Translations under genes and position numbers: made by a program
NCBI GenBank assembly: GCA_963675785.1
Contig: OY776562.1
Location: 1,504,001 to 1,568,000, forward strand
DNA: 64,000 bases
Direction: 5' to 3'
DNA from: Anaerolineae bacterium
GTDB lineage: Bacteria; Chloroflexota; Anaerolineae; UBA1429
Notes under the pieces: generated by a model
Databases searched by the model: none
What the model saw: the letters and a program-made list of their open reading frames with translations, nothing else
What the model was told of the DNA's origin: nothing
Shown here: piece after piece, positions 10,603 to 20,950 of the stretch
How the letters are laid out: each line of letters begins with the position of its first letter
Numbering within the stretch: position 1 is the first letter of the stretch

Positions 10603-11007
10603 GTGGTCATCCTTACTTGATAGTACGTGTGATTACTCGGCTCAAGCTCAGCGAGCAAGAGGGGGGTGATGGTGCAAGTTTCGCGGGATCGTGGTCGTAC
10701 AAAAGAGGGTAACTTTTCTAGTATACAATAAAAAGGAGACTTTCGCAAAGACTGTTATCTCGCCAAGTATAGCATACTGTTAAATTTAGCAGTCAGACAA
10801 TAAAAAAAATAGATTCGACACCCCAAAGAAATGCATACTGCTGAGATCGCCACAGAAACAAGCCGTGATTGCCAAGATCAAAAGTGTAGCGGAAAATCTA
10901 GCACAGTACACTTGAAAAACTATCATATTCGAGTTATCATCAACCATAGAACATAGAAATTGAAAACGGAGTATAATTGAGTCAAGATTAGAGAAAGAAG
11001 GACAGCG

Positions 11008-12177
11008 ATGTCTGGGCATGTATTACGGCGCCGGAGCAGCCTTCTTGCATTAGCACTGGCCGTCTGCCTTGTCTTGACAGCCTGCCAGACCCCCACACTT
11101 GCCACAACCACCCCACCACCCGACGCGAGTTCCACCCCAACAAGCGCACCAACGCCAACAGTGATGCCATCAAGTAACGCCGAACCTCTCCTCACCCAAG
11201 GCCTGCCCGTGCTGTACGTTCGCGATGGCGACCTGTGGTGCTCTGACCTGAGCGGCACAGAAACCCTGCAGCTCACCCAGGATGACGCCCTCAACATTAT
11301 GGAGCCCGCCCCCATAGAAGGCGCAGTCGGGGCCCTGAACGCCTACTATCGTCCCAATCTCTCGCCCGATGGCCGCTGGATCGCCTTTTATCACCATTCC
11401 AATTACGGCTTTCTCACCATCGCCCTGCCCCTGGCAGAGGATGAAACCCGCCAGCTCATCGATAACACCTGCTACGGCGTCTGGTCTCCCGATGCCACCC
11501 GCCTGGCTTATGCCCCCAATATGCAAATGACCCAAAACCTGAACCGTACGCCCGTGGTTTGCGTCTACGATGTGACCACGCGCACGCGCAAAACTTATTA
11601 CCCGCCAGAAGGTCAGGATTGGAGCGACCTTGGCAGCAGCCACAGCGCCATTCTCTGGGCAGCCGACGGCCAGTCGATCACCTTTAGGTGTCGGGCGGAG
11701 GCCAGTAGCGCCGCAGAGGATCAGTACGAAACGGATGTGGTGCGCTTGGATCTATCGAGCGGCCTGAGCGAAATCGTCGGCCATGCCACCTGGGTTTCAG
11801 AGAATCAAGCGGTGTTTTGCTTGGATAGAGCCGGCGAATTCACCACCGATGCCGCCCTGGCCGCAACCTGTTCGACGGATGAGGAGAGCCCTTACACGCC
11901 CGCCGATGGCCGTCAGGTAAGCATCACCACCCTTGCCGGCACCGCAGGTTCGATCATCACCATGCGAGACGCCGAGGGCGTCGTACTTTGGGTCAACGAG
12001 ACCGGGATCACCGTGAACAAGGTGCTGTGGTCGCCCAATGACGCCTGGTTGCTGCTCGATGACGATACGGACATGGATACGCCCATCTGGCGCTTGTCCG
12101 CCGATGGCAGCGGTGAGCCGGAACAGATCGTGGCCGAGGGCTATTTATACGCAGTGGTGCCCGCCTGGGCTGAGTGA
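11008..12177 (+). CDS. lipoprotein with TolB/PD40-like beta-propeller (family member 1)
   Basis: Lipobox LTAC, Pro/Thr linker, SPDGRW/WSPD/WSPND repeats. Confidence 0.8.
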   Translation: MSGHVLRRRSSLLALALAVCLVLTACQTPTLATTTPPPDASSTPTSAPTPTVMPSSNAEPLLTQGLPVLYVRDGDLWCSDLSGTETLQLTQDDALNIMEPAPIEGAVGALNAYYRPNLSPDGRWIAFYHHSNYGFLTIALPLAEDETRQLIDNTCYGVWSPDATRLAYAPNMQMTQNLNRTPVVCVYDVTTRTRKTYYPPEGQDWSDLGSSHSAILWAADGQSITFRCRAEASSAAEDQYETDVVRLDLSSGLSEIVGHATWVSENQAVFCLDRAGEFTTDAALAATCSTDEESPYTPADGRQVSITTLAGTAGSIITMRDAEGVVLWVNETGITVNKVLWSPNDAWLLLDDDTDMDTPIWRLSADGSGEPEQIVAEGYLYAVVPAWAE

Positions 12178-12204
12178 CGGGCCCAAAAGATAGCTAAAAC
12201 AAAA

Positions 12205-12285
12205 AAGAGGCGGCGAGGGTTTAAACCCTTGCTGCCAAAAATGCTGCTAAAGGTCAGCGTGGGGTTTCAACCCCACGCACCTGCA
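12205..12285. repeat. REP-like hairpins
   Basis: GAGGGTTTAAACCCTT and GCGTGGGGGTTTCAACCCCACGC. Confidence 0.7.
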
Positions 12286-12382
12286 CGGCTCTCGCACAAC
12301 GCAAGTCCGCATCAGATATTTGCAATAACACCCTTGTACCAGGCGCCTTTCAAGGATTATTGAACAGCGAAAGAGGGAGATT

Positions 12383-14527
12383 ATGTCACTCAAAAAATGC
12401 TATTCGGCGCGCTTGCGCAGAACTCTAGCATGTATCCTCTGTAGTCTGCTGCTGAGCGCCTGCCAGCAAACCGTAACCGTTACGCCCATCCCAATAAAAG
12501 CTCTGACCAGCGAGCCAACAGCCACAACCGCAGTTGAGGCGACGAATACCCCTTCACCTACAGCCACTGCTGAGGTCGCCACAGCGACACCCGCCAGCAC
12601 CAGCGAAACACTCGTCACCGCCAGCAGACCCCTGCTGTATGCCAGTGGTGGCGACCTCTGGTGCAGCGATATGTCCGGTGAAAACCGACTGCAGCTCACT
12701 CATGATGACGCCCTCAACCTGGTCGCGCCGCCGCCGTCAAGTGGTGTAGATGTCGCCCTGAGCTGGGGCTGTGCACCGACCGTCTCCCCCGATGGCCGCT
12801 GGCTCACCTATTCTCTCCAATCAAGCTGGATGCGAACCCTAATGGTGATGTCGTTGGAGGACGGCAGCCTGCAGGAAGTGGATAACACCTGCTACGGCAT
12901 CTGGTCACCCGATTCCACCCGTCTGGCTTATGCAGCCAACCTGGATTCGCCCGCCAACGAGGGTCTGGAGCCAGTCCTTTACGTCTATAACGTCCTCACC
13001 CAAGAGCGCATCACCTACTATCCGCCGGATGACGAGAATACCTGGGAATTCGCTTCCGCTATTCTCTGGGCACCCGATGGCAATTCCCTGGCCTTTCGGG
13101 GCACATCGGAAATCATCTATAAGGATGGTGAATACACTGGCGAAGGACTGTGCAACGTCATCAAACTGGACCTGCTGACGGGAGAGAGCACAGTTGTAGG
13201 CACTGTGTGGACGGCGATCGCCAGCAGCCAAACCTTCTGCTTGGATAGCGAGGGTAACTTCACCACCGATAGAGAACTCGGCGTGGTCTGCTCGAGAACC
13301 TATACCAGCTATACCTCTCCCAACGGCCTGTGGACCTATAACATTTCCACAGAAGCCTCAAATTCTACGGTCAGTATGCTCGACGCTGAGGGTGATCTAA
13401 TCTGGAAGCGTGCTCTTGATTTTAGCATCTCGCCTGACAGAATTCACTGGTCTCTTGATGGAACATACTTGCTAATCGATGACTATAACATGACCACGCC
13501 CATCTGGCGCCTGGCCGCCGATGGCAGTGGCGAGTTGGAACAAATCATCGAAGAAGGCTATCTGCTCCAAGTCGTCTCCCCGTGGGATACAGTGGCCCCA
13601 ACCGACGAAACCGAAAACACGCTCGCACCGCCCACAGCCGCACCCGCCAGCGCCAGCCAAGCACTCATCACCAGTGGCTTGCCCGTGCTCTATGTCGATG
13701 GCGGCGATCTGTGGTGCACTGACATCTCTGGCACAAAGACGCTACAGCTCACTCAAGAGGACGCGCTCAATCTGGTAGCGCCACCTCCCGCGGGAAGCAG
13801 CGTAAGTGGAATACTCTCCTCTGATTGCGGCCCCAACGTCTCTCCCGACGGCCGCTGGATCGCTTATTATCCCTACTCGGAATGGATGCCAACTTTGATG
13901 GTCTTGTCGCTAGAGGACGGCAGCGTGCAGGAAGTGGATAACACCTGCTACGGCCTCTGGTCGCCCGATTCCACTCGCCTGGCTTACGCCCCCAGCTTGG
14001 ACGCCCCCTGGAACGAAGAACTAGAGCCCGTGGTGTACGTCTACAACGTCCTCACCCAAGAACGAACCGCCTATTACCCACCGGATGACGAGAATACTTG
14101 GACTTATGCATACCGCATCCTCTGGACACCCGATGGTCAATCGTTAGCTTTTCGGGGAACTACGGGGCCAGAGCAAATAGATACAGAGTCTGGTATCGAG
14201 TATTACATGTGTAACGTCATCAAGCTGGATTTGCAGATGGGTGCAAGCACAGTAGTAGGGGCTGTGCGAACGAGTATAGCCAGTGAGCAAGCTTTCTGCC
14301 TGGATAGCGAGGGCAATTTCACCACCGATATAGACAGCGGCGTGGTCTGCTCCAAACATTACACCCCGCAAGAGGCGACAACCTCTCCCGATGGCCGTTA
14401 CGTGCTGGTGGATGATACCGACATGACCACCCCCATCTGGCGGCAGGCTGCCGATGGCAGCGGTGAGCGGGAGGTCGTGGTAGATGAGGGCTATCTGCTC
14501 CAAGTCGTCTCCGCCTGGGCAGAATGA
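12383..14527 (+). CDS. lipoprotein with two tandem TolB/PD40-like domains (family member 2)
   Basis: Lipobox LSAC; internal duplication of GGDLWC...DNTCYG.WSPDSTRLAY...FCLDSEGNFTTD...TPIWR. Confidence 0.82.
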   Translation: MSLKKCYSARLRRTLACILCSLLLSACQQTVTVTPIPIKALTSEPTATTAVEATNTPSPTATAEVATATPASTSETLVTASRPLLYASGGDLWCSDMSGENRLQLTHDDALNLVAPPPSSGVDVALSWGCAPTVSPDGRWLTYSLQSSWMRTLMVMSLEDGSLQEVDNTCYGIWSPDSTRLAYAANLDSPANEGLEPVLYVYNVLTQERITYYPPDDENTWEFASAILWAPDGNSLAFRGTSEIIYKDGEYTGEGLCNVIKLDLLTGESTVVGTVWTAIASSQTFCLDSEGNFTTDRELGVVCSRTYTSYTSPNGLWTYNISTEASNSTVSMLDAEGDLIWKRALDFSISPDRIHWSLDGTYLLIDDYNMTTPIWRLAADGSGELEQIIEEGYLLQVVSPWDTVAPTDETENTLAPPTAAPASASQALITSGLPVLYVDGGDLWCTDISGTKTLQLTQEDALNLVAPPPAGSSVSGILSSDCGPNVSPDGRWIAYYPYSEWMPTLMVLSLEDGSVQEVDNTCYGLWSPDSTRLAYAPSLDAPWNEELEPVVYVYNVLTQERTAYYPPDDENTWTYAYRILWTPDGQSLAFRGTTGPEQIDTESGIEYYMCNVIKLDLQMGASTVVGAVRTSIASEQAFCLDSEGNFTTDIDSGVVCSKHYTPQEATTSPDGRYVLVDDTDMTTPIWRQAADGSGEREVVVDEGYLLQVVSAWAE

Positions 14528-14711
14528 GCAAACTCGTCCCCTTCCCGCAGCGCAGATATTACCGAGCCGAGGGGCTTTTAGACCCCGGATTTTGCCCCAG
14601 GCTTTGTACTAATCCTATTGTCCGCTTGTACGCTCTCGAGTAAGGAGTGCGAACAAAAGTATAACAAATGAGAACTCTTATCCTCGAAAAAGTGGAGGGG
14701 GTTACAGAATC

Positions 14712-15239
14712 ATGAAAAGATGGATTTTACTTCTCATGTTAGTGGTGTTTCTGATGCCTTCCCTATCGGCTTGTTCAAAGGATACAACTGTCGGACGGGA
14801 TAGGAACCTGCAATTGGAGTTAGTGTGCTCCCAGTCTGTCTATGATTCGAATGAACCGATAGATTGCACAGCGATTTTATCCTATATAGGTGAAGAGGAT
14901 TCTCTTGATTTTTACACAGGTGATCCTGCTGTAATGTTTGCAATAGGTGGTGGTCAATATTTCAATGGGCAGAGGGATTTACTACAGAGACACTCACTTA
15001 ATCAACATACAATTGAGAAAGACCATCCTATAGAGTACCCCTTTATAAAGTATATGGGAACACACTCGAATAAAGATCAAGATGCTGTTGATTTCTGGAA
15101 CGAGTTCCTTGCAAAAGATGAATTTCTGTTAGAGCCTGGAGATTACGAAATATTTGCGGCAATTTCGTACATGTTAACTCCTGGTACTGGTGATACCTCT
15201 TCTACCATCATTGTTAGCAAGACGATTACTGTGGAATAA
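14712..15239 (+). CDS. low-GC lipoprotein, Ig-like (copy A)
   Basis: RBS GGAGG, lipobox LSAC, LEPGDYEI motif. Confidence 0.78.
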   Translation: MKRWILLLMLVVFLMPSLSACSKDTTVGRDRNLQLELVCSQSVYDSNEPIDCTAILSYIGEEDSLDFYTGDPAVMFAIGGGQYFNGQRDLLQRHSLNQHTIEKDHPIEYPFIKYMGTHSNKDQDAVDFWNEFLAKDEFLLEPGDYEIFAAISYMLTPGTGDTSSTIIVSKTITVE

Positions 15240-15442
15240 CAGAAAAGTAACATCATGTTTCGTTTTTACAGCAATCAGCACAGCCTTATACAAACTCGAT
15301 TCTGGTGTGGCCCCAGTTGTAGAGAGACTGAATCAAAATCATCCATGTGGCAAAGTCCGCTTGTGCGCTCTCAAGGAGTGCGGACAAAAAGTATAACGAC
15401 GAGAACTCTTATCCTCGGAAAAGTGGAGGGGGTTACAGAATC

Positions 15443-15958
15443 ATGAAAAGATGGATTTTACTTCTCATGTTAGTGGTGTTTATGATGCCTTCCTTATCGG
15501 CTTGTTCAAAGGATACGAGACGGGATAGAAACCTGCAATTGGAGTTAGTGTGCTCCCAGTCTGTATATGATTCGAATGAACCGATAGATTGCACAGCGAT
15601 TTTATCCTATATAGGTGAAGAGGATTCTTTTGATTTTTACACAGGTGATCCTGCTATGATGTTTGCAATAGGTGGTGGTCAATATTTCAATGGGCAGAGT
15701 GATTTACTACAGCTAGACGTATTTAATCACTTTACCATTGAGAAAGACCATCCTATAGAGTTCCCTTTTGTAAAATACATGGGATTCCACTTGGGTAGAG
15801 ATCAAGATGCTGTTGATTTCTGGAACGAGTTCCTTGCAAAAGATGAATTTCTGTTAGAGCCTGGAGATTATGAAATCTTTGCGGCAGTTTGGTATGTCTT
15901 AACTCCTGGTGACAAAAGTTCTATCATCACTGTTAGCAAGACGATTACTGTGGAATAA
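15443..15958 (+). CDS. low-GC lipoprotein, Ig-like (copy B)
   Basis: Near-identical to 14712-15239 including about 90 bp upstream; start at MKRWILL. Confidence 0.78.
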   Translation: MKRWILLLMLVVFMMPSLSACSKDTRRDRNLQLELVCSQSVYDSNEPIDCTAILSYIGEEDSFDFYTGDPAMMFAIGGGQYFNGQSDLLQLDVFNHFTIEKDHPIEFPFVKYMGFHLGRDQDAVDFWNEFLAKDEFLLEPGDYEIFAAVWYVLTPGDKSSIITVSKTITVE

Positions 15959-16131
15959 AAGCCGTATATTCTACATTTGAATGCTTTCCCCCGCTCTCCC
16001 TCCTGCCTGTAGGGCAGATTTTACTGAGCCAAGAATCGCAGGAATGACCGTGAAGGCATTCCGTTGATTCTCCAACAATAAAAATCCCCGCCCCCAACGG
16101 GGGCAGGGATCGTCTCTCCAAAAGCTGCTCT

Positions 16132-16503
16132 TTACTTGCAAACAGCGACCACTTCCACTTCGCAGCGAAAACCGAGCGGCAAATCCTTGACCGCAATACA
16201 GCTGCGAGCCGGTTTCCCTGTAAAATATCGCTGATAGATCGCATTAAACGCGGCAAAGTCATTCATATCAGCCAGAAAACAAGTCGTTTTGACCACATCC
16301 GTAAACTGAACGCCGGCCTCCGCTAATATGGCCGCAATGTTTTTCATGGTCTGCTCTGCCTGGGCTTCCAATCCCGAAAGCACTCGACCGTCGGCGGGAT
16401 CGATACCCCCCTGTCCGGATAGGAACAGAAAGCCATTGGCTTTGATCGCCTGCGAATACGGCCCCACTGCCTTTGGCGCGTTGCTCGTGCTGATTACTTC
16501 CAT
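16132..16503 (-). CDS. ridA: RidA/YjgF enamine deaminase
   Basis: APKAVGPYSQAI, LSGQ, VVKTTCFL, PARSC..V..LP. Confidence 0.92.
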   Translation of the reverse strand: MEVISTSNAPKAVGPYSQAIKANGFLFLSGQGGIDPADGRVLSGLEAQAEQTMKNIAAILAEAGVQFTDVVKTTCFLADMNDFAAFNAIYQRYFTGKPARSCIAVKDLPLGFRCEVEVVAVCK

Positions 16504-16679
16504 GTGTAACTCCCTTTAAGTAAACCGACGCAATGCATTTTACTCTATCCAATATATCGTCCAGTGCTATGTTACAGCAAAAAAAGTATTGCCCACAATT
16601 CTGCAATCGTCAAGCCCTATCGCCCAGCAAAAGATCTACGCCCAAACCGCAGAAAACGCTCAACCTAGTCTCAACCACA

Positions 16680-17080
16680 CCAACCCTGCCCTCAGGGCAG
16701 ATTTTGCTGAGCCTCTGCCGTGGAGAATCGAGTCACCAATTCACCTAAACCGAACCTGCGGTTCGGTCATTACTCCTCGGCCACACGACCAACTAAAAAC
16801 CTCCGCGCGCGCCTTTTCTCTGTCAGCGTGGGGTTTTAACCCCACGCGCCTAGCGGTCGGAACGACTGCAAAACTTGACCCCACTCGCACTCCCTAGCCT
16901 CCGACCATAGATCGGAGGGTTCGCAAACCTAGCATTAGGGTTTAGCCTAATGCGCTGCATGGACACACCTCACGCGCCACACATGCCTCCGTAGATTGTA
17001 CCTAACCTAGGCCGAAAACAACATTCAACCCTGCCCGCAGGGCAGATCTTGCTGAGCCGAGGGCTTTAGCCCTCGGTACT
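16680..17080. repeat. composite REP-like hairpin array
   Basis: Same units as 8665-9200, plus AGCCTCCGACC-ATA-GATCGGAGG. Confidence 0.85.
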
Positions 17081-17103
17081 TTCCCCCACCACACACACCA
17101 ACC

Positions 17104-18450
17104 TTACCCGCGTTCAGCCAGCGGCACATACTCGCTGCGCTCAACCACGCTCTTGTAGGCCGGACGCATAATCTTTCCGCCGACGATGACCTCTTCCAAC
17201 CGATGGGCGCACCAGCCGGCCACGCGTGAAACAGCAAACAGCGGCGCGTACAGGTCAGAAGGGATGCCCAGAATATCATAGACAAACCCACTGAAAAAGT
17301 CCACGTTGGCCGAGAGCACCTGATCTGTGTGCTTGACCTCGCGGAAAACCTCGGGCGCCAGGCGCTCTACCAGCAGATAGAGGTCCATCTCGGCGCTGCG
17401 GCCCTTTTCCTCGGCAAGCTTGACGCCAATCTCGCTAAGAAGCACGGCACGAGGATCGCTGGCGGTGTACACCGCATGGCCCACGCCATAGATGAGGCCG
17501 CTCTTGTCAAAAGCCTGCCGGTTGAGCAGCGCCCTTAGATAATCACGCACGGCGTTCTCGTCGGTCCAATCCCCCACACTGACCTTGAGGTCGTCCATCA
17601 TCCGGGCCACTTCCAGCGTCGCGCCGCCATGCTTGGGCCCCTTGAGCGAGCCAATCGCCGCAGTGATGGCCGAATAGGTATCGGTGCCGGTGGTCGAGAC
17701 CACGTGCGTGGTAAAGGTCGAGTTGTTGCCGCCGCCGTGTTCGGCGTGAATCATCATCATCACGTCGAGGGTGTGCGCCTCGAGGTCGGTGTATTCGCTG
17801 TTATCGCGCACCAGGTGCAGCAAGTTCTCAGAATGCGACAGGCGCGGATCAATCTTGTGGATGACCAGGCTCTGGTTGAGGTAATAGTGGCTCTTCACCT
17901 GGTAGCCATAGGCGGCCATCACCGGCATCCGCGCGATGAGGGCGATGCTCTGCCGCACAATATTCTCGACGCTGTTATCGTCAGGGTTGTCATCATAGGC
18001 ATAGAGCGAGAGCACGCTGTGCGCTAACTTGTTCATCAGGTCGGGGCTGGGCGTGCGCATAATGTTGTCTTCCAGCAGGCTGCCGGGCAGCTTGTAATAG
18101 GAGGCCAACAGTTTCTTGAATTCCTCCAACTGCGTAGCGGTAGGCAATTGCCCAAACAGCAGCAAAAAGGCGACCTCTTCATAACCCATGCGCTTTTCGG
18201 CGAGTGCGGCGGTGACCAGGTCTTCCAGGCTATAGCCGCGATAAAAGAGCTGGCCGGGTACTGGCACACGTTCACGCTCGTCAACAAGGTATCCGTGCAC
18301 ATCGCCGACCTCGGTAAGCCCCACGAGCACGCCGGTGCCGTTTTCGTTACGCAGACCTCGCTTGACCTGATAAAGCGTATAAAGCTCGGGCGCTATCTGG
18401 TTGTTCTGCCGCGCCAATGTGGATAGCTCTTGCATGAAATCAGTCGTCAT
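17104..18450 (-). CDS. gltA: citrate synthase (copy 2)
   Basis: Same length (448 aa) and motifs as copy 1 (HAEHGGGNNSTF, GPKHGGA, GHAVY, NVDFFSG). Confidence 0.92.
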   Translation of the reverse strand: MTTDFMQELSTLARQNNQIAPELYTLYQVKRGLRNENGTGVLVGLTEVGDVHGYLVDERERVPVPGQLFYRGYSLEDLVTAALAEKRMGYEEVAFLLLFGQLPTATQLEEFKKLLASYYKLPGSLLEDNIMRTPSPDLMNKLAHSVLSLYAYDDNPDDNSVENIVRQSIALIARMPVMAAYGYQVKSHYYLNQSLVIHKIDPRLSHSENLLHLVRDNSEYTDLEAHTLDVMMMIHAEHGGGNNSTFTTHVVSTTGTDTYSAITAAIGSLKGPKHGGATLEVARMMDDLKVSVGDWTDENAVRDYLRALLNRQAFDKSGLIYGVGHAVYTASDPRAVLLSEIGVKLAEEKGRSAEMDLYLLVERLAPEVFREVKHTDQVLSANVDFFSGFVYDILGIPSDLYAPLFAVSRVAGWCAHRLEEVIVGGKIMRPAYKSVVERSEYVPLAERG

Positions 18451-18636
18451 CTGGATCCATCCTTGCCTGATGGTGCGGGTGTGCTGCTTGGATCAATCTC
18501 TGCATGTGAGAGGTGCGCGGCATCGCGCAGGATCGCGGTAGTGCGAAAGAGGTTACTTATTGTGCATAGTATATAACAGATGGGGTGCGTTTGAAAAGGG
18601 GCATTGTGAAGGGTGTCGTAACGCCCCTGCCCCAAC

Positions 18637-19110
18637 CTATTCTACCAGCCCACAGCGCAGCAGAATCAACACACGATCCTCTTCAGGAGCAGCGAGCATC
18701 TGCACGCTCATACCATCTTGCTCCCAAACGATGAGTCCGCCAGCAAAGCTGGAATAGACATCCAGCGCCTTGTGCCAATCCCCAACAGGCGCATACTCGC
18801 GATAATAGCCAAATACCTCAGAGCAGGTAGCATCAGCTGTGTAGATGGCCAGATCGCCATCCGCTACGCCCGAGTTCATCGCCATTTGCTCGATAAACGA
18901 GACCAGCTCGGCGGGGTCGCGCTCTGCCGTCACCGCGTCAGGGTAGACCGGAACCCCCTCCAAACAAGTAGGCACGGGGGTAGGCGTAGGCATGTGGGTA
19001 GCGGTGGGTAACGGCTCGACAGCAGAAGCAATCGGTGAGGAAATCTCGGGGCCATTGGGTGTGCAGGCAGCCAAGAGCAGCAAGCAGACAAGAATCGCAA
19101 TCGTCTTCAT
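18637..19110 (-). CDS. lipoprotein of unknown function
   Basis: RBS GGAGG, lipobox LAAC, PT linker, VPVYPDA. Confidence 0.75.
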   Translation of the reverse strand: MKTIAILVCLLLLAACTPNGPEISSPIASAVEPLPTATHMPTPTPVPTCLEGVPVYPDAVTAERDPAELVSFIEQMAMNSGVADGDLAIYTADATCSEVFGYYREYAPVGDWHKALDVYSSFAGGLIVWEQDGMSVQMLAAPEEDRVLILLRCGLVE

Positions 19111-19333
19111 GATCTCCCTCCCCAGAGTCGCAATGCGAAACTGTGGCTGCTATCAGCAGGGGCCATGAGCTATCGACGCTGCTTGTTATTCCATTCTAGA
19201 ACATGCAGTAGCAAAGGTCAATGGGCGATAGAAAGGGGCTAACCGCCGCAGGCGGCAGCCCGAAAGCCAGCGGTACGCGATTCGTATTGCCTTCTCTATG
19301 CAACATCCTATAATCGGGCAAGAGAGGAAGGCG

Positions 19334-19789
19334 ATGGAAGAGCACTTGTTCACAATTGGTTACGAGCAACTCGACACAACACGTTTGATCGCCGAGCTGC
19401 GCGCTTGTGGTATTCATACCCTGGTCGATGTGCGCGAGCTGCCTCTTAGCCGCAAACCCGGGTTGAGCAAAAACGGCCTCAAGCAGGTTCTGGCCGAAAA
19501 CGGCATAGCTTACTGGCACCTTCGCGCTCTGGGCTGTCCCCGTGAAATTCGCCACGCCTATCGCGCCGATCACGATCGCCAGCGTTACACCAGCGCTTTT
19601 CTCGCCTACTTGGCCACCCAGCAAGAGGCCGTCGACGAACTGGCCCAATATGTCGTCAATCATCGTTGTGCACTATTGTGTTACGAGGCCGACGCCGCCA
19701 CCTGCCATCGCAGCTATATCGCCGATGCCGTCCAACAGGCGCTGGCTCCCCAACCCCTACAGATCGTCCACCTCCGCCCGCAGGCATAA
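19334..19789 (+). CDS. DUF488 family protein
   Basis: FTIGYE, LVDVRELPLSRKPGLSK, LLCYE..A..CHR. Confidence 0.88.
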   Translation: MEEHLFTIGYEQLDTTRLIAELRACGIHTLVDVRELPLSRKPGLSKNGLKQVLAENGIAYWHLRALGCPREIRHAYRADHDRQRYTSAFLAYLATQQEAVDELAQYVVNHRCALLCYEADAATCHRSYIADAVQQALAPQPLQIVHLRPQA

Positions 19790-20036
19790 TCAGTCAAAAA
19801 ACCTACCTACATCACCATGAACGCAAGATGCGTAGGTCTCAGGGCCTGCGCAAATAACACCGCCTGTACTCGAACAAACCAAGATCCCGCTTTGCGCAAT
19901 CTCCAACGAGCCTTCGTCCATCGCCAGCACGTTACCATAGCGTTTGCTGATCTACTCGTACTGAACAGCTGTAGAAGGAATATGTGAAGAAGTCATTTGG
20001 AGGAGTAAGCAACACACATGAGCAAATCACTACGGA

Positions 20037-20909
20037 TCAGGAGGCGGATTGATTAGTTCTATTACGGCGCAAAGCCATATAGGATATGTAAATCTTACGA
20101 AGCAACATAAGCAGAAATAAGTAAAAAAAGATAAATATAAAAAATGAAATAAAAAATAAAAATAGCAAATTGACGGAAAAACCAGATATAATAAATCCCT
20201 TTATAGAGCTAGGAATATCCGGATTCTTCACCCACTCTGCAGACAAAGTTTTTGCCTGAGTCAGTATGCTAGACCCATCAATACAATAGAGAAGAGAGCT
20301 ATGTATAGCCGCTAGCCCAATTCCACCAATCAGGATGTTGTTTGCTGCTTGATTATCTTCCTGATGTATCTGTCGCTTGGCCATCAAAGCTTCATTAGAT
20401 CCCTTATTACCGAAACCTATTTGAGGCACAGCCACTTCTCCGTCACAGATACACTTGAGCTGAATTTGTTTGCCAGGTAACATCGTATTGAAATTGACTA
20501 CCACTTTATCTTGATCTACTTCAATGACGATATCCTTATGCTCCGCTTCTGCACCATCAAGATATGCATCAAGGAATCTAGTTTCGGTCGAGAATTCTAA
20601 AACTAGGGGGCAAAGCCCTTGATAGTCATTTATGGGAAACTCGCGATGATTTTTCAGTTGACACGAGAAAACAAAAGGATCCGACACCCTTTCACCATCG
20701 AAAAACATTTCTAAAGCCCCATCTTCTTCAAAAGATGGTTTTGTTTCAGCAAGGACGCCCAATTCGAATGGAGCATCAAAACTATACAGAAGCACGGCAT
20801 CCCGACGGCTTCTATAATTTTTGATCTTTATTTTAATTAAATAGATAAAATATAGAAAAATAACTAGCAACAATAGTAACAGAGATACATCATCAAATGA
20901 AAGAGTCAT
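20037..20909 (-). CDS. low-GC membrane protein with soluble beta-rich domain
   Basis: N- and C-terminal TM segments; core aligns with 20951-21718. Confidence 0.65.
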   Translation of the reverse strand: MTLSFDDVSLLLLLLVIFLYFIYLIKIKIKNYRSRRDAVLLYSFDAPFELGVLAETKPSFEEDGALEMFFDGERVSDPFVFSCQLKNHREFPINDYQGLCPLVLEFSTETRFLDAYLDGAEAEHKDIVIEVDQDKVVVNFNTMLPGKQIQLKCICDGEVAVPQIGFGNKGSNEALMAKRQIHQEDNQAANNILIGGIGLAAIHSSLLYCIDGSSILTQAKTLSAEWVKNPDIPSSIKGFIISGFSVNLLFLFFISFFIFIFFYLFLLMLLRKIYISYMALRRNRTNQSAS

Positions 20910-20950
20910 AAAAATACCTTTACTATTTTCAAAGATTATCTAGTGGATGA

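Noticed and set aside
14712-15958. Diversity-generating retroelement TR/VR pair
   Set aside because: Differences involve C, T and G as well as A, both copies are full genes, and there is no reverse transcriptase
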